A stretch of 51,743 nt of DNA, counting the filler, from Catajapyx aquilonaris (Eukaryota): assembly GCA_000934665.2 (NCBI GenBank). It is 3 parts of 3 records of this genome, joined end to end, with 100 filler letters (N's around TTAATTAATTAA, not from the genome) between each part and the next. Parts side by side here need not be neighbours in the genome. Positions count along the whole stretch, not along the records: positions 1 to 20,538 come from JYFJ02007480.1; 2 more parts are not named here. One strand, given 5' to 3'. The notes beneath the pieces are model-generated. The model ran no database searches, was not told where the DNA came from, and saw nothing but the letters and a program-made list of their open reading frames with translations. The first letter of the stretch is position 1; each line of letters begins with the position of its first letter. The position numbers and the translations under genes were made by a program. Of this stretch, positions 1 to 12,649 are shown piece after piece.

Positions 1-134
1 GCCCGATCGCGCCAGTGGCGCCGCCAGTGGCTGGACCCACTTCAGCATTCTACCGTATCGAGGAAGTCTGGCCACCATACCCTGTTTATACATCTTGCTC
101 CTCAACTAAACCGTTTAAGTACGTAAAAAACACA

Positions 135-615
135 TCTCCCCATGTTTTCAGGGTCGCTGATTCCAATTTTTAGGTTATTTGAACATAGACCTACAGGGTG
201 TACCAGAAAACACGATCGGATTTAAGAATCATTCTGTAGAATAAGCGGAATGAATCATAGGTTTGTGATGTTACCCTACGTTTTGCGGTCACTGCTTCAT
301 ATTTTGAGGCTCTTATCAAACTAAGACCTACAGGCTACAGGGTTTACCAAAAACAGGATGGAATGTAATAATCTGCAGAATAAGCGGTACAAGTAGGTGA
401 AACAAATGCTTCCCCTGTTTTTACGGTCGCTTATTTCGATTTTGAGGTTATTTTGAACCTATACCTACAGGGTGTACTAAAAATTCACTATGGAATTTAA
501 GAACGTGTATAGAATAAACATTACAAGCAGGTGAAAATAACCTTTCCCGATGTTTTCGCGGTCCTAATTTTGATTTTTAGGCTATTTTGAACCAGGACAT
601 ACAGGGGTGCACCAT
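135..615 (+). repeat. Degenerate tandem repeat, about 130-145 bp period, about 3.5-4 units
   Basis: The motif GTTTT..GGTCGCTGATT..ATTTT.AGGTTATTTTGAAC..GACCTACAGGGTGTACCA recurs, with TACAGGG at about 192, 336, 466 and 600. Confidence 0.7.
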
Positions 616-999
616 AAAAAGACGTGTACGACCATCTATACATGCGAGGGCTTCCGCGGCCGCCGTCGCTCGAACGAACCCATCAAGCATGTGGCCTCTT
701 CATCACGTTAATTAACATTTTCTTCCAGGATTTGCAGACGAAATTCTACTATACACATCAGGGGGCACGGCAGTGCCCCCGCCAAGTTCTCGCCGCACTG
801 CCGGACCACCTTTACCCGACACAACTCACGTCATTTTCACCCCCTCGAATCTTCGCACTGGTGAACACACGTGGCTTCAAAATTTTTATTTGGGTAGATA
901 AAAATCGATTAAAAATAATGCCCCCTTACTTCCATGTTCATATCTCTTTTCATTTCCGACTTAAAAAATCCTAAAAACTCCCGAAACGACCGAAATATG

Positions 1000-1355
1000 A
1001 CACTGACTGACTCACTCACTCACTCACTGACTGACTCACTGATCATCAAAATTATACGGCACTTCCAGTGGTCCTAGGATGCTGAAATTTGGTATGCTGG
1101 TAGATCTTGTCAAACAAACACCAGAATAAATCTGAAAACGGCACTTTTTTGAGTCTAAATTTTTTAAAAAAATTATTTTCGCGAAGTCTGCTGCTGCTTT
1201 ACCAGATGCGGCATTTTTACCACGGATTACTTTTTACTTTGAATTTCCATCAGTTATGCTGGTGCTCCTCCTGCCTTCCCCACGTTCTCATCTCCTCACC
1301 CCCTCCTCCCTTCCGGCTTCCCCCCCCNGGGGGAAGTGCTACCAATTTCATCTAA
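1000..1355 (+). mobile_element. Possible microsatellite-bearing non-autonomous rolling-circle (Helitron/HINE-like) element
   Basis: An (ACTG/ACTC)n microsatellite is followed by GCTGAAATTTGGTATG, with a hairpin CTTCCCCC..GGGGGAAG near 1317-1337. This architecture is common in insect Helitron-derived repeats. Boundaries are approximate. Confidence 0.3.
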
Positions 1356-1555
1356 TACACACCCATTCAAATCTCCCATATTCACCTAAGCTCGTGTGAC
1401 CTTCAACCCGAAAAAATTTCGCCTGCGGCGGACCTTCCCGCCCCCTCCCCCTGGATTCCTGGCTACGTCACTGTCGCTAGCTATCTGACTGAAGCTGCGA
1501 TTGCATTTCATACAAATACAACTACAAATACATAAATACCTAAAATACAAATACA

Positions 1556-1900
1556 AAATTCGAGGTCATCAACAGCCTATGTGTACAGGGAACAATATAT
1601 TCCCAATTTCTGTGGCGTATGGCATTACCATACAGAGCACAGAGCCAAGGCCTGAGTCTCACTAATGCACTCATCGATATGGGTTCCTCTGTCTTCTCGT
1701 GCGGTCAAGCCTACGTGGCTCTTTCCAGAGTTTAAAGTATCAATGGAGTGCATCTCATCAATGCCTCCTTTACTAACATCAAGGCTCAAGAGTCTGCTAT
1801 TCTGGAGTACGATAGATCGAGATCTTTACCGACCAGACTTATCCATACTCAAAAGGGCTAATAAGGCATCGACAGAAGTGGTTGAGGATTGCGAATGGGC
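1556..1900 (+). pseudogene. PIF1-type helicase C-terminal fragment from a Helitron/Helentron RepHel
   Basis: Manual translation across frameshifts gives KFEVIN..AYVYREQ-FPISVAYGITI..SQGLSLTNALIDMGSSVFSCGQAYVALSRV*SINGVHLIN..IKAQESAILEYDR..YRPDL. These are the PIF1 motifs QFP, TIHKSQG and GQAYVALSR. There is an in-frame stop plus indels. Confidence 0.85.
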
Positions 1901-2165
1901 TATGCGATCAGGTGTAGCAGATGTCCAATTCACACAACCAGAACAGAAAAAAGGAAGCGTAATATGAGAAAGCAGAAGAAAATCATACCTATTCAGAGGA
2001 AAAGATAGAGTTTTACATACTTTCATAATATATAACCTACACATTTTGCTCTAAGTTATTCATTACCTTATTTGTAATATTTAACGGACCATTGCTTCCA
2101 CGCCCAACCGTAGGGGGCTCCCCTTATAATTATCCTACACACCTGCCTACAAAAAGAGGTGAGAT

Positions 2166-2656
2166 CCCACCAAAAACCTTTCTGTAAAAAATGGCCAAGT
2201 TCTCCTGACTGCTTGGCCGTCAAAAGTGGTGAGATCTGAAATACGGCCAAGTTCAACGTCGTTGTCAATTACTGGCATTCTCATCTTCTTCAACCTAAAC
2301 CACTGACTTTGTTTTTCCAGGTCGACCTTAAGTTTAATCATCAAAAAATTTTAATGGAATTTCTCTTGCTGTAACTTGGCCATTGCTCTTAAAACATGGA
2401 AACAGTTGTAGAATTCAACAATACCTTGGACATGAGCAATGGCCAAGTTACAGCAAGAGAAATTCCATTAAAATTTTTTGATGATGAAACTTAAGGTCGA
2501 CCTGGAAAAACAAAGTCAGTGGTTTAGGTTGAAGAAGATGAGAATGCCAGTAATTGACAACGACGTTGAACTTGGCCGTATTTCAGATCTCACCACTTTT
2601 GACGGCCAAGCAGTCAGGAGACCTTGGCCTTTTTTTACAGAAAGGTTTTTGGTGGG
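2166..2656. mobile_element. Foldback MITE with CCCACCAAAAA termini and a 2-bp AT flank (CACTA/CMC-like)
   Basis: Near-perfect inverted arms at 2164-2388 and 2434-2658 with a 45-bp spacer. This explains the mirrored ORFs 2147..2344(-) and 2478..2660(+). Superfamily is inferred from termini only. Confidence 0.85.
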
Positions 2657-2673
2657 ATAATATATACACGTAA

Positions 2674-4740
<2,067 letters not shown>

Positions 4741-5030
4741 ATATATATTAGTTCGTTTGTGACTTTGTGAGTTTGTTTGTCCCTTAGATAAAGGCCAGCC
4801 GAGAGGCCAAGTACAGTCTGTCACCAGATGCCTTCATGCCCTTATATGCCATTGACATTCCCCATCTCATCATGAATCTTGATCCTCCTGCTATAACCCT
4901 TTTCACATGAGATAGGCGGGAATTGTGTTTGGAGGAAATAATATGTTTATTGGTATTTGTTATTATAGGTCTGGTTTTTTGAGAGAAGGAATCACCGTCG
5001 CCCTACATGTACTTGAATTAGGGCATGCAT

Positions 5031-5106
5031 ATACAGGGTGTTCCAAATTGGCGTGTCGCTTTATTTAAATGAAACAAAAAACGACCCTGACACTTGGAAC
5101 ACTGTA
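5031..5106. mobile_element. Tiny Tc1/mariner MITE relic
   Basis: TACAGGGTGTTCCAA ... TTGGAACACTGTA. Confidence 0.5.
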
Positions 5107-5644
5107 TGAACGAATGAAGGGGAGGTAACCTACCATTGCATTGTCGTGAAAGACTAATCTTGTACCTTGTGGAGTGGATGACTCTCACATGAAAGTGAGA
5201 ACTCTTTTTGACCAATTACAAGAAAAAATAAAACCCTCGCTGGCCGCTGCACTCGCATTTGTCTAGGGCGCAGGCTGAACAAGCCTTCCTCCCCCACCCC
5301 CATCAACCCACCCCAACCCTGCCATCTCAAACCTCACACATCTCGTAATCTCACCACTGGCTAAACAAGGCTCACTGACTCGAGCCATACCTATCAGGTA
5401 ACCCCTGAAAACATGAAAACAAACCAACAAAACCATTTTGATTTCCATGATTTATTTCAGGAGAGAGTCTGAGTACTCTGCAAGGGGGGGAAAATCGACT
5501 TGACATAAATCTGATACATTTAAGGCTTTAAAGCAACATCATTCATGAAATTTAAATATCACATCGCCGAGCGTTTAATCCAGAGAATTTTAAAATGTCA
5601 TTTTTTTCTTGTCACCGAGAAGATCGCTTACCATCGGTTGCCAT

Positions 5645-6361
5645 CTAGGCTAAGGGCCCATCCTTGGCTGGCTTCTTTGTGTCGGAGTCCCCGTCCAGGT
5701 CTGCAGTTACTGATGAGGTCTCGGCTGGGGTAGTTGAATTAGGCACTGAGGGCATCAGGTCAGGGTCGTCGCTTACAGTCAAGGAACTTAGCAGACCTGG
5801 GAGGAACTGGTGGGGTGTGGCTTCTTTCGGCCCATCGTTGGCTGTGTATGTAGCGGTCTCTTCACTGGAAGCCCCGTGCAGCTGGTGCAGGTTAGCAATT
5901 CCGATGGGGTTGTGAGGTAGAGTGTCACCTGCAGGCGGCTCTGAGAGGGTAGAGCATATTAGCTCCTGCACGAAGAGGCTCCTGTCATATTTTTCTTGAT
6001 CGACACCGACATCCTTGCAGTCAGAATCCTCGTCTTGGTTCAGAATGCTGGGTAAGAGCAAGTGGGAACCAGGACGCTTCAGGCTCTTGTAACTTTCTTC
6101 AAGGTCATATGATTCTTCATCTAGTTGTTCATCATATGTGCAATTCACCTCCAGAGATGAAGTGGAACTCTGAGCTGGTGGAGTGGTGGAGGTCTGGTCC
6201 AGCACTGCCTGGTCAAGCAACGGTGGGCTAGGGTGTCCACGAAGGGTCCATGGGATCTCTTGCCTTGTACCTCGAGCCAATGCGTGGTCCACAGTCAGCC
6301 GCACATCTGCACCTTGTTCCATCTGCACCTTGTTCAGTGCGGATTGAAACCTGCACTGCAT
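5645..6361 (-). CDS. Hypothetical S/T/P/D/E-rich protein exon (238-aa ORF), probably the main exon of a spliced gene or pseudogene
   Basis: This is the longest non-retroelement ORF. Upstream there is a GTGAGT donor (6416) and a TGCAG acceptor (6356). Downstream there is a GTAAGC donor (5631), a polypyrimidine-TTGCAG acceptor (5478) and AATAAA (5456-5451). No domain recognised. Confidence 0.45.
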   Translation of the reverse strand: MQCRFQSALNKVQMEQGADVRLTVDHALARGTRQEIPWTLRGHPSPPLLDQAVLDQTSTTPPAQSSTSSLEVNCTYDEQLDEESYDLEESYKSLKRPGSHLLLPSILNQDEDSDCKDVGVDQEKYDRSLFVQELICSTLSEPPAGDTLPHNPIGIANLHQLHGASSEETATYTANDGPKEATPHQFLPGLLSSLTVSDDPDLMPSVPNSTTPAETSSVTADLDGDSDTKKPAKDGPLA

Positions 6362-7192
6362 TGCAATTGAGTTAAGAACAATCCCACCGATATAGGAAAT
6401 AACAACAAATACTCACACGCCGTAATTTTCGTGCCTGCACTCTTCAGATCCCGAGCTTCAGAGCTTCAGACCCCACTTGAGTTCACTGGCCAAGATGGCT
6501 GTATAGTGAACGATGTAACGCCGCCAGCGCCAAATTTCAACCTGGCCGAGACGCACAAATAGGGCAGGCGAGATGTAAAGCTCAGCGTAGAGGGCACTGG
6601 GGTTGGAGTCATGATATGGGGCGGGACTTTCGACGTTGTTTCAGATATGACATTCTATACATAGCTGGATTTGTCTAGATTTGTCCAAAAGAAATTAGCA
6701 TGTGAAGATTCAAGATTGTGTTCAAGCAATAACTGATGAATCCTATATTTATTTTTGGACAACAAGTTCTTTGATAGAAAGGAAAATCACGGGGAGGTCG
6801 ACCAGTTCAAAATATGCAGGAACAGAATAATGTTGGATAATTATGGTGCCTTCGGAGAATCAAGCTATTGCTTTGATGAAAACTAGGCTATATATTGTTT
6901 GAATAACGTGAAAATCAGATAATTTCATGTCGGAACAGCGTTAACTGAACAGTTGCAACTTGCAAGAGAAAAATTAGTAGGGGTAATACGAATGATTTTA
7001 TTTATGACTATTATGAGCCAATATGATTACAACCTCATGCAGACCTAATACATCTGCATGTAGATATTACTTTGTGCCTAACACTTTTGCAACTTTATAA
7101 CACTTTGTACATAACACTTTGAATGTGTTGTGAGAAATAATGCAATTCACCGAATTTTACCTTCAAATGTTTCCCTGGGGTTTTGTGCTAAA

Positions 7193-7302
7193 AGGTACTA
7201 TATCGCCCAAAAAGATAGAGACGATTTTGCATTTGACTCAAGTGCAACTTGCACTTGAATCAAATGCCAATCGTCTCTATCTTTTTGAGCGATATAGTAC
7301 CT
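7193..7302. mobile_element. 110-bp palindromic MITE
   Basis: AGGTACTATATCGC..AAAAGATAGAGACGATT..GCATTTGA.TCAAGTGCAA is followed by its near-perfect reverse complement. Confidence 0.8.
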
Positions 7303-7304
7303 AT

Positions 7305-7505
7305 TGTGACAGCCCCGGGTCCGTCCCTATAGCTAGCTCATACCAAGAAAACTCGGTGGGTTCCTTGAGCACTGGTATTTATTGACCATCCTGGTCCCCA
7401 ACTGAGTACAGTACAGACGGTCTTCTTGTCCATTTTACAACCCAAACCCTCTGGGAGGGAAAGGTCGAGTCCCACCCAACAGGTGTACGTGGTCAGGGTT
7501 AAACT
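7305..7505 (-). mobile_element. Gypsy-type LTR 3' (R/U5) fragment
   Basis: The minus strand reads AATAAA..GAACCCAC..GGGGCTGTCACA, the same layout as the U5 ends of the LTRs at 25094-25468 and 29149-29466. Confidence 0.5.
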
Positions 7506-8149
7506 ATGGACAAATTAGCCGTCGCTGAATGTTTTTTTTCGGCGGCGACGGCGGTGGCGTTACCTGGCTACTCCGTCCGGCGGGCCAATTCAAACATCAG
7601 CACATGGAGAGCGCTTCGATTGTTACCACTGTTTACAAATCGAGGGAGTGACGCGGACGACCCAGCGACAGGTCTCTTCTGCCTGATCACACAGTATCTG
7701 CGGATAAACTATTGTTTATCCGCACCTTAACAACACTGTCGGTGTTAGGCGGGCGGCAACGGTTGGCAACGTTGCGTCGCAAACAATCGGGTGCCTATTG
7801 ATACTGCTGCATGGTTACATGGAACTGCTTTATTCTTCATGTCGGGCTTTCGGGGATTCAATTCGGGATTTTGAGGAGATTAAGTGGATGGAATAGCCCT
7901 TTGTCTTGGTGTTGCTGTATGACTTTTTGTTACCGCAACAGTACTGAGTGTACATTGTTGTGGCCATGCCATGCACGGTACGTCGCCCGTGCGTGATATT
8001 TTTAGTTTTTGCGGAGCGATAGCGGAGCTGGGCGCTTATTGTGGGTTTCTGTATCCGCAACATTTACTGTCCGTCTTGTGGCGCCGCAGGCCAACGAACG
8101 TTATTGTGGCTTTGCCCAACGCGAAGTACACCTTCACACAGTCCGTTAA

Positions 8150-8630
8150 AGGAAGGGTTCAGTGATTTTGCATGTTGGGCTTCAGAGATCAAGGAAGACT
8201 CCCTGATTCCAAAAATGTGGTCAGTTTTGGAATCTGACGCCGCGTAAACAAATGCCGTTAGGTGAAAGTCCATATCCGCTACCGTATTCGATACGGTAAG
8301 CGTACAGCCAGCGCCACCCGCGGAAATTCCGGTAACCTGCCACTGCCGTGGCCAATGAGATTGGCTTAGTCTCGGAGCCCAATTTTTCATCTTTTCACGG
8401 GACACGGGTTCCCTCTAGCCACAAGAGTGGAAGCTTCGACCACTGCATCGAAGCTTCCACTCTTGTGGCTAGAGGGAACCCGTGTTCGGCGCTGATTTTC
8501 AAAAAAATCAACTTTGACTTGAAATTTTACGCTTATGGTGCATTTGCCAACAAAACGGATCGGATATTTCAAATCAGTAAGTCGTGTTTGATTTTTGGAG
8601 CTCAACATGCAAAATCACTGAACCCTTCCT
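8150..8630. mobile_element. Kolobok-like MITE with TTAA TSD
   Basis: TTAA|AGGAAGGGTTCAGTGATTTTGCATGTTG...CAACATGCAAAATCACTGAACCCTTCCT|TTAA. Confidence 0.8.
8402..8485. repeat. Perfect 84-bp hairpin (38-bp arms, 8-nt loop)
   Basis: ACACGGGTTCCCTCTAGCCACAAGAGTGGAAGCTTCGA-CCACTGCA-reverse complement. Confidence 0.9.
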
Positions 8631-10919
8631 TTAAACCAACGAACTACATGACGCCAAGTTCCACCCGCCGCCACCCAGCTCTCCCCTCCAATCATGCTCA
8701 CTACTCACTCTGCAGGCATACTACTGCACACGCTCAGAAAACACGGCTGGTATGACATCATATCGTTCTTTGGGTTAACGGAATGCAGCAACCATCATGG
8801 CTTTCATATTTTCCACCTCCTTCATTAATACTGTGGTCCTAGCACTCGTCTGAACGGTTCGCATGGCAGGGGTAAGAAGACGCCCTTTGTTATGCTCTCC
8901 CGGCAACCGGTTGGTTGCGACGCGTAGCCAACATGTTTGGAGCACACAACGCCCTGCCAATCCTACCGCGTCGCTAGGTGCGGATAAACGATATACTTTC
9001 CGTATCTGCAGGGATATGCAGGAGAAAAGGGGGGAAATAATGATGTTAGAAGCAATATGAGTCATTTTGGGGTCACTCACTCGATTTGTAAACAGTGGCA
9101 ACAATGGAAGCGCTCTCCATGGGCTGATGTTTGAATTGGCCCGCCGGATGGGGGTTGCCAGGTTACGCCGTCGCCGCCGTCGCCGGAAAAAAACATTCAG
9201 CGACGGCTAATATGTCCAGCACTGTATAAGTTCGTAAACCTCTAGCGAATAGTTTTCCGAACTATTTTGACTTTTGGTGTGCATTGCATGTTTCCAGTCC
9301 TAACATATATGTATTGTCAGACATACTCTGTCGCCGACTAACCAACAAAATATGGAACACCGACTACTGCTAGTTTGTTACGGACAGTAGTGAACTACAA
9401 AATTCAATGGCCAAGAGTAGTTTCATAATTATGTATATTGTATAGTAAACACCCAAAAACCGCACACATGGTCAGGATTTTGTTAAAAAAAACTACTGAG
9501 AGTAGGCTACAAGTACGACAGCATCAAAACATTGCACGGCTGGCTGTGGCTTCTGTCTGCATCATGACTCCAAGCCCGCTAGCGTTCCTAGCGGCCACAA
9601 GTGGCTCTCGCCAGCCCCATTGGCCTACAGTGTCCGTACGGCTGGGGGNGGGGGGGGGGGGGGGGTGACACACTCTCGATATGGCGCGGGAAGTGGCAAG
9701 GAATGAAGGAATGAATCCTGGTGGGTGCCTTTGAGCTAAAAAATAGTTTCCAGCCCCCTGACATGTTTAAAGCCACACGTTAAAATCACGGGCAGAGACG
9801 AACGGGGTGCTTCACCAGCCATTGCCATGATGTGCCCCCTTCCCACACCCCACATTTGTTTTGGTTTGGTTTGGTTTATTAGGAAGAAGCCAAAGCAACT
9901 GTGGCTATCTGGCTATAGAAGATTCAAAGAGATGGAGAGAAAAACGAAGAGGAATAAGAAGAGAGGAAAGACTGGTATCTCTCTTAGTCTGTCTCCTATC
10001 CCAAAGACCTGTCCGGCTTGGGTGCATAGCTCTTGGGGTCATTGGAGAAACGCAAACCCCACCACCACGATAAGGTGGAGATACCATCGGGGGAACATTT
10101 GTTTTACGTTTTGGCCGCTATATTATGGGACGTCCATAAATCACGTGACATCTTTTGGACCATTTTCGACCCCCCCAAAGCCCCACTTTCCTATACCAAA
10201 ACCCAAGTAACCAGAGCCCGGATAGCAACCGTACACAATTTATTTGTTTAAAATGTTCAACCTTTTAAAAACCTGAATGTGAATGAAAATTATTTACATC
10301 AGAGAACGCGGCAATTGGCAACATTGTAGCAAGAATGACTTTATCAGATAAACTAACGGGTACGAACGGGTATGATCGAGGAATATACGCTATGTAATGG
10401 TAAAATAAGTGCCAACAATACTCGCAGTTTGGAAACTTGGAATGTGACTGCCAATAATGCTCGAGGTGTGGGAGCTTTTCAAGTTGGCTACTATAGGTAG
10501 CACAACATACATAGCCGTCTACTGGGGCTGGTTGCAGTCAGAAAGGTCAAATAATAGCGGCGCGAGATTCGAAAAACGGATTTATCACAAAGTCACCCGC
10601 ATATATCACAATGTCACCCCCCCCCCCNNNNACCCCCCCCCCCCCCCCGCCCCTCCCCCACTTACGGTTATTGTCTTCGATTCAGAAGATATGTTGCTAA
10701 ATGGCTATTTTTAGTTCTTCCACAAAGTCGTCGTCTATTTTACTCATATTTTCACTCATTGGGGAATCTCGCGAACAATCTTATATTGATCAGGTAAGCA
10801 ATTTCCGAGACAATTTAGCTGTTCTTGTAATATATAGCACTTCTCAACTGTATACCTATGAGAACCGAATATAGAAATTGTTATTTTCTGCTTTTTCACA
10901 CTAACTATTCTACATGAAG

Positions 10920-10924
<5 letters not shown>

Positions 10925-10985
<61 letters not shown>

Positions 10986-11238
10986 TCATACCCCGTTATC
11001 AGCCAGCGGCTCTTTAGGGGGGAAATTTTTGTTTTGACTGGAACTCTTTGCTTTCATTTTATTTGCTTTTTGGGATAGGATAGGGACGGAAGGAAGCGGC
11101 TGTGGCCTGTTTTTACGGAAACGACCCCGGAATTATCCTGGGAGGACCGTGGAAAACCGTCGCCGGCCCCGGGATTCGAACCCAGGACCTCCCGATTAGC
11201 CGGCGGACTCCATATCCACTACACCAACCTGCTTCGGT
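10925..11238 (-). mobile_element. tRNA-derived SINE family A, copy 1
   Basis: Minus strand has A box TGGTGTAGTGG, B box GGTTCGAATCC, internal AGGCCACAGCCGCTTCCTTCC and a (TTA)n tail. TSD TACATGAAGTATAT at 10911-10924 and 11239-11252. Confidence 0.92.
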
Positions 11239-11897
11239 TACATGAAGTATATGTTCCTTAGGTCACCGGAAGTCATGTATGATTGGTTCCGATAGTGCCG
11301 GTGATCAATACACTGCTCCAGTCTGGTTTGGAACGTGAATTTTTTCGATTATCAATCACAGAGGGGCAAAGATTGGAGTTTGGAGTTTATTTGTGGCAAA
11401 TATGAGGGCGACTGCGTGGACATTTGGTGACAGGGTCAGGCTTGCACTACACACAATCCAAACAGACGCAAAGGTTTGTGCAGCCACTGGTTGCAACCAC
11501 GCAAAGCGTGGGTGGTTGTTTAATAGCCAGAAATTCTTGAACCTTTTATGCTTCTTTTTTCACCAGTATTCTCATTCTCTATCTTCAATTTTTGTTCCAG
11601 AAACCATCCCTCAATCGCGCGATATGAGACGATTTTTTTTTCAACTTTCACTTTCAGTTTGTCCCTAACCCATTTAAAAATTTAAATTCAACTTTTTATC
11701 TATTGGGAGTAATAGCCCCTAAATTTATCACGGTTCACAGGGTCACAATAAAATCAAATCTGGGGATATACCGTCACTGATTTTAAAAAATAATTTTAAC
11801 CCACTTTACGCGCCACAATAAAGCTATGTGACTGTAACATGACTAGCATCCATGTATCTGCACTTACACAAAATTATTAAAAGTTTCTGGAAAAATT

Positions 11898-12263
11898 CAG
11901 GTTAAGAATCATTGGTCCGAAAAGTTTGGGATCGGATATGTTTCGGATTTTGGATTTTTTTCCGGATTTTGGAATATTTTGTATATTTGCATTATAAAGT
12001 GGGACAGCTTTGGGAAATTATAAGTGTCTGAAAACGATATCCATATTCATTTGTTAATAAACCCTGCATGTAGTTTTTTCTACATATCGATATTTTAAAT
12101 TATTTTGTACACCTGCATATACAGGTATTATTCGGCTATTTATATGACTGATCAATCGAAATGTGGCCATTTGTGGCGAGTCATGTCAGCACTCCAAACT
12201 TCCGGGTTTGGAGGTTTACAGATTTGGGAATTTCAAGAGTCTCAGATTCCGATTCTCAACATG
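11898..12263 (+). mobile_element. pogo/Tigger-type MITE (Tigger4/MER46-like), copy 1
   Basis: CAGGTTAAGAATC..TCCGAAAAGTTTGGGA..GTTTCGGATTTTGGATTTTTTTCCGGATTTTGGAATATTT ... GTCATGTCAGCACTC..TCTCAACATG+TA. Homologous to 17331-17991. Confidence 0.7.
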
Positions 12264-12649
12264 TACAGTACCATCAGGGTTAATGTGTAACATCTATTCA
12301 GAAATATGTAGATATATCGTAGTCAGACATTTATCCCATCTCAAAACTATCACATGTCAAATACTGTATCCCAAAATCCGATAAAATACGACATACACTT
12401 CCGGTGAAATTGACAGTTACCTTCACTAGCTTGAACATTATTAAACAACTCGAGTCATTGGAGTAGAGTATAGTTGTGTGGTTCCCATCATCGGCCCTGT
12501 ACACTCCCCGTGTTTACTTCTGCTTTTAAAATAAATATTTTGTGAAATTTACGCAAGAGCAATGCAGCAGCTTTTCTTCTGCTAAAGAAATGTAACTGTC
12601 CACTGACTTTCATGGTAAAAGTTTCCGTGGCTGTCTCCAAATCCTGTCA

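Larger units (their letters stand above)
8139..8785 (+). mobile_element. Short CAGTCC-terminated MITE (family B, copy 1), interrupted at its left TTAA
   Basis: Reads CAGTCCGTTAA|insert|ACCAACGAAC..TGACG...TGACATCATATCGTTCTTTGGGTTAACGGAATG. The interior CCACCCAGCTCT..GCATACTACTGC..GCTCAGAAAACACGGCTGG matches 49310-49390. Confidence 0.7.
7507..9224. mobile_element. Tc1/mariner-type non-autonomous element with about 290-bp imperfect TIRs, host of nested MITEs
   Basis: TGGACAAATTAGCCGTCGCTGAATG at 7507 is inverted as CATTCAGCGACGGCTAATATGTCCAGCACTG+TA ending at 9224. Confidence 0.75.

Noticed and set aside
135..615. CRISPR-like repeat array
   Set aside because: The whole units are homologous and degenerate, there are no unique spacers or cas genes, and the context is eukaryotic.
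11160..11238. Functional tRNA genes at SINE heads
   Set aside because: Each is followed by a SINE body, tail and TSD, and I saw no complete cloverleaf.
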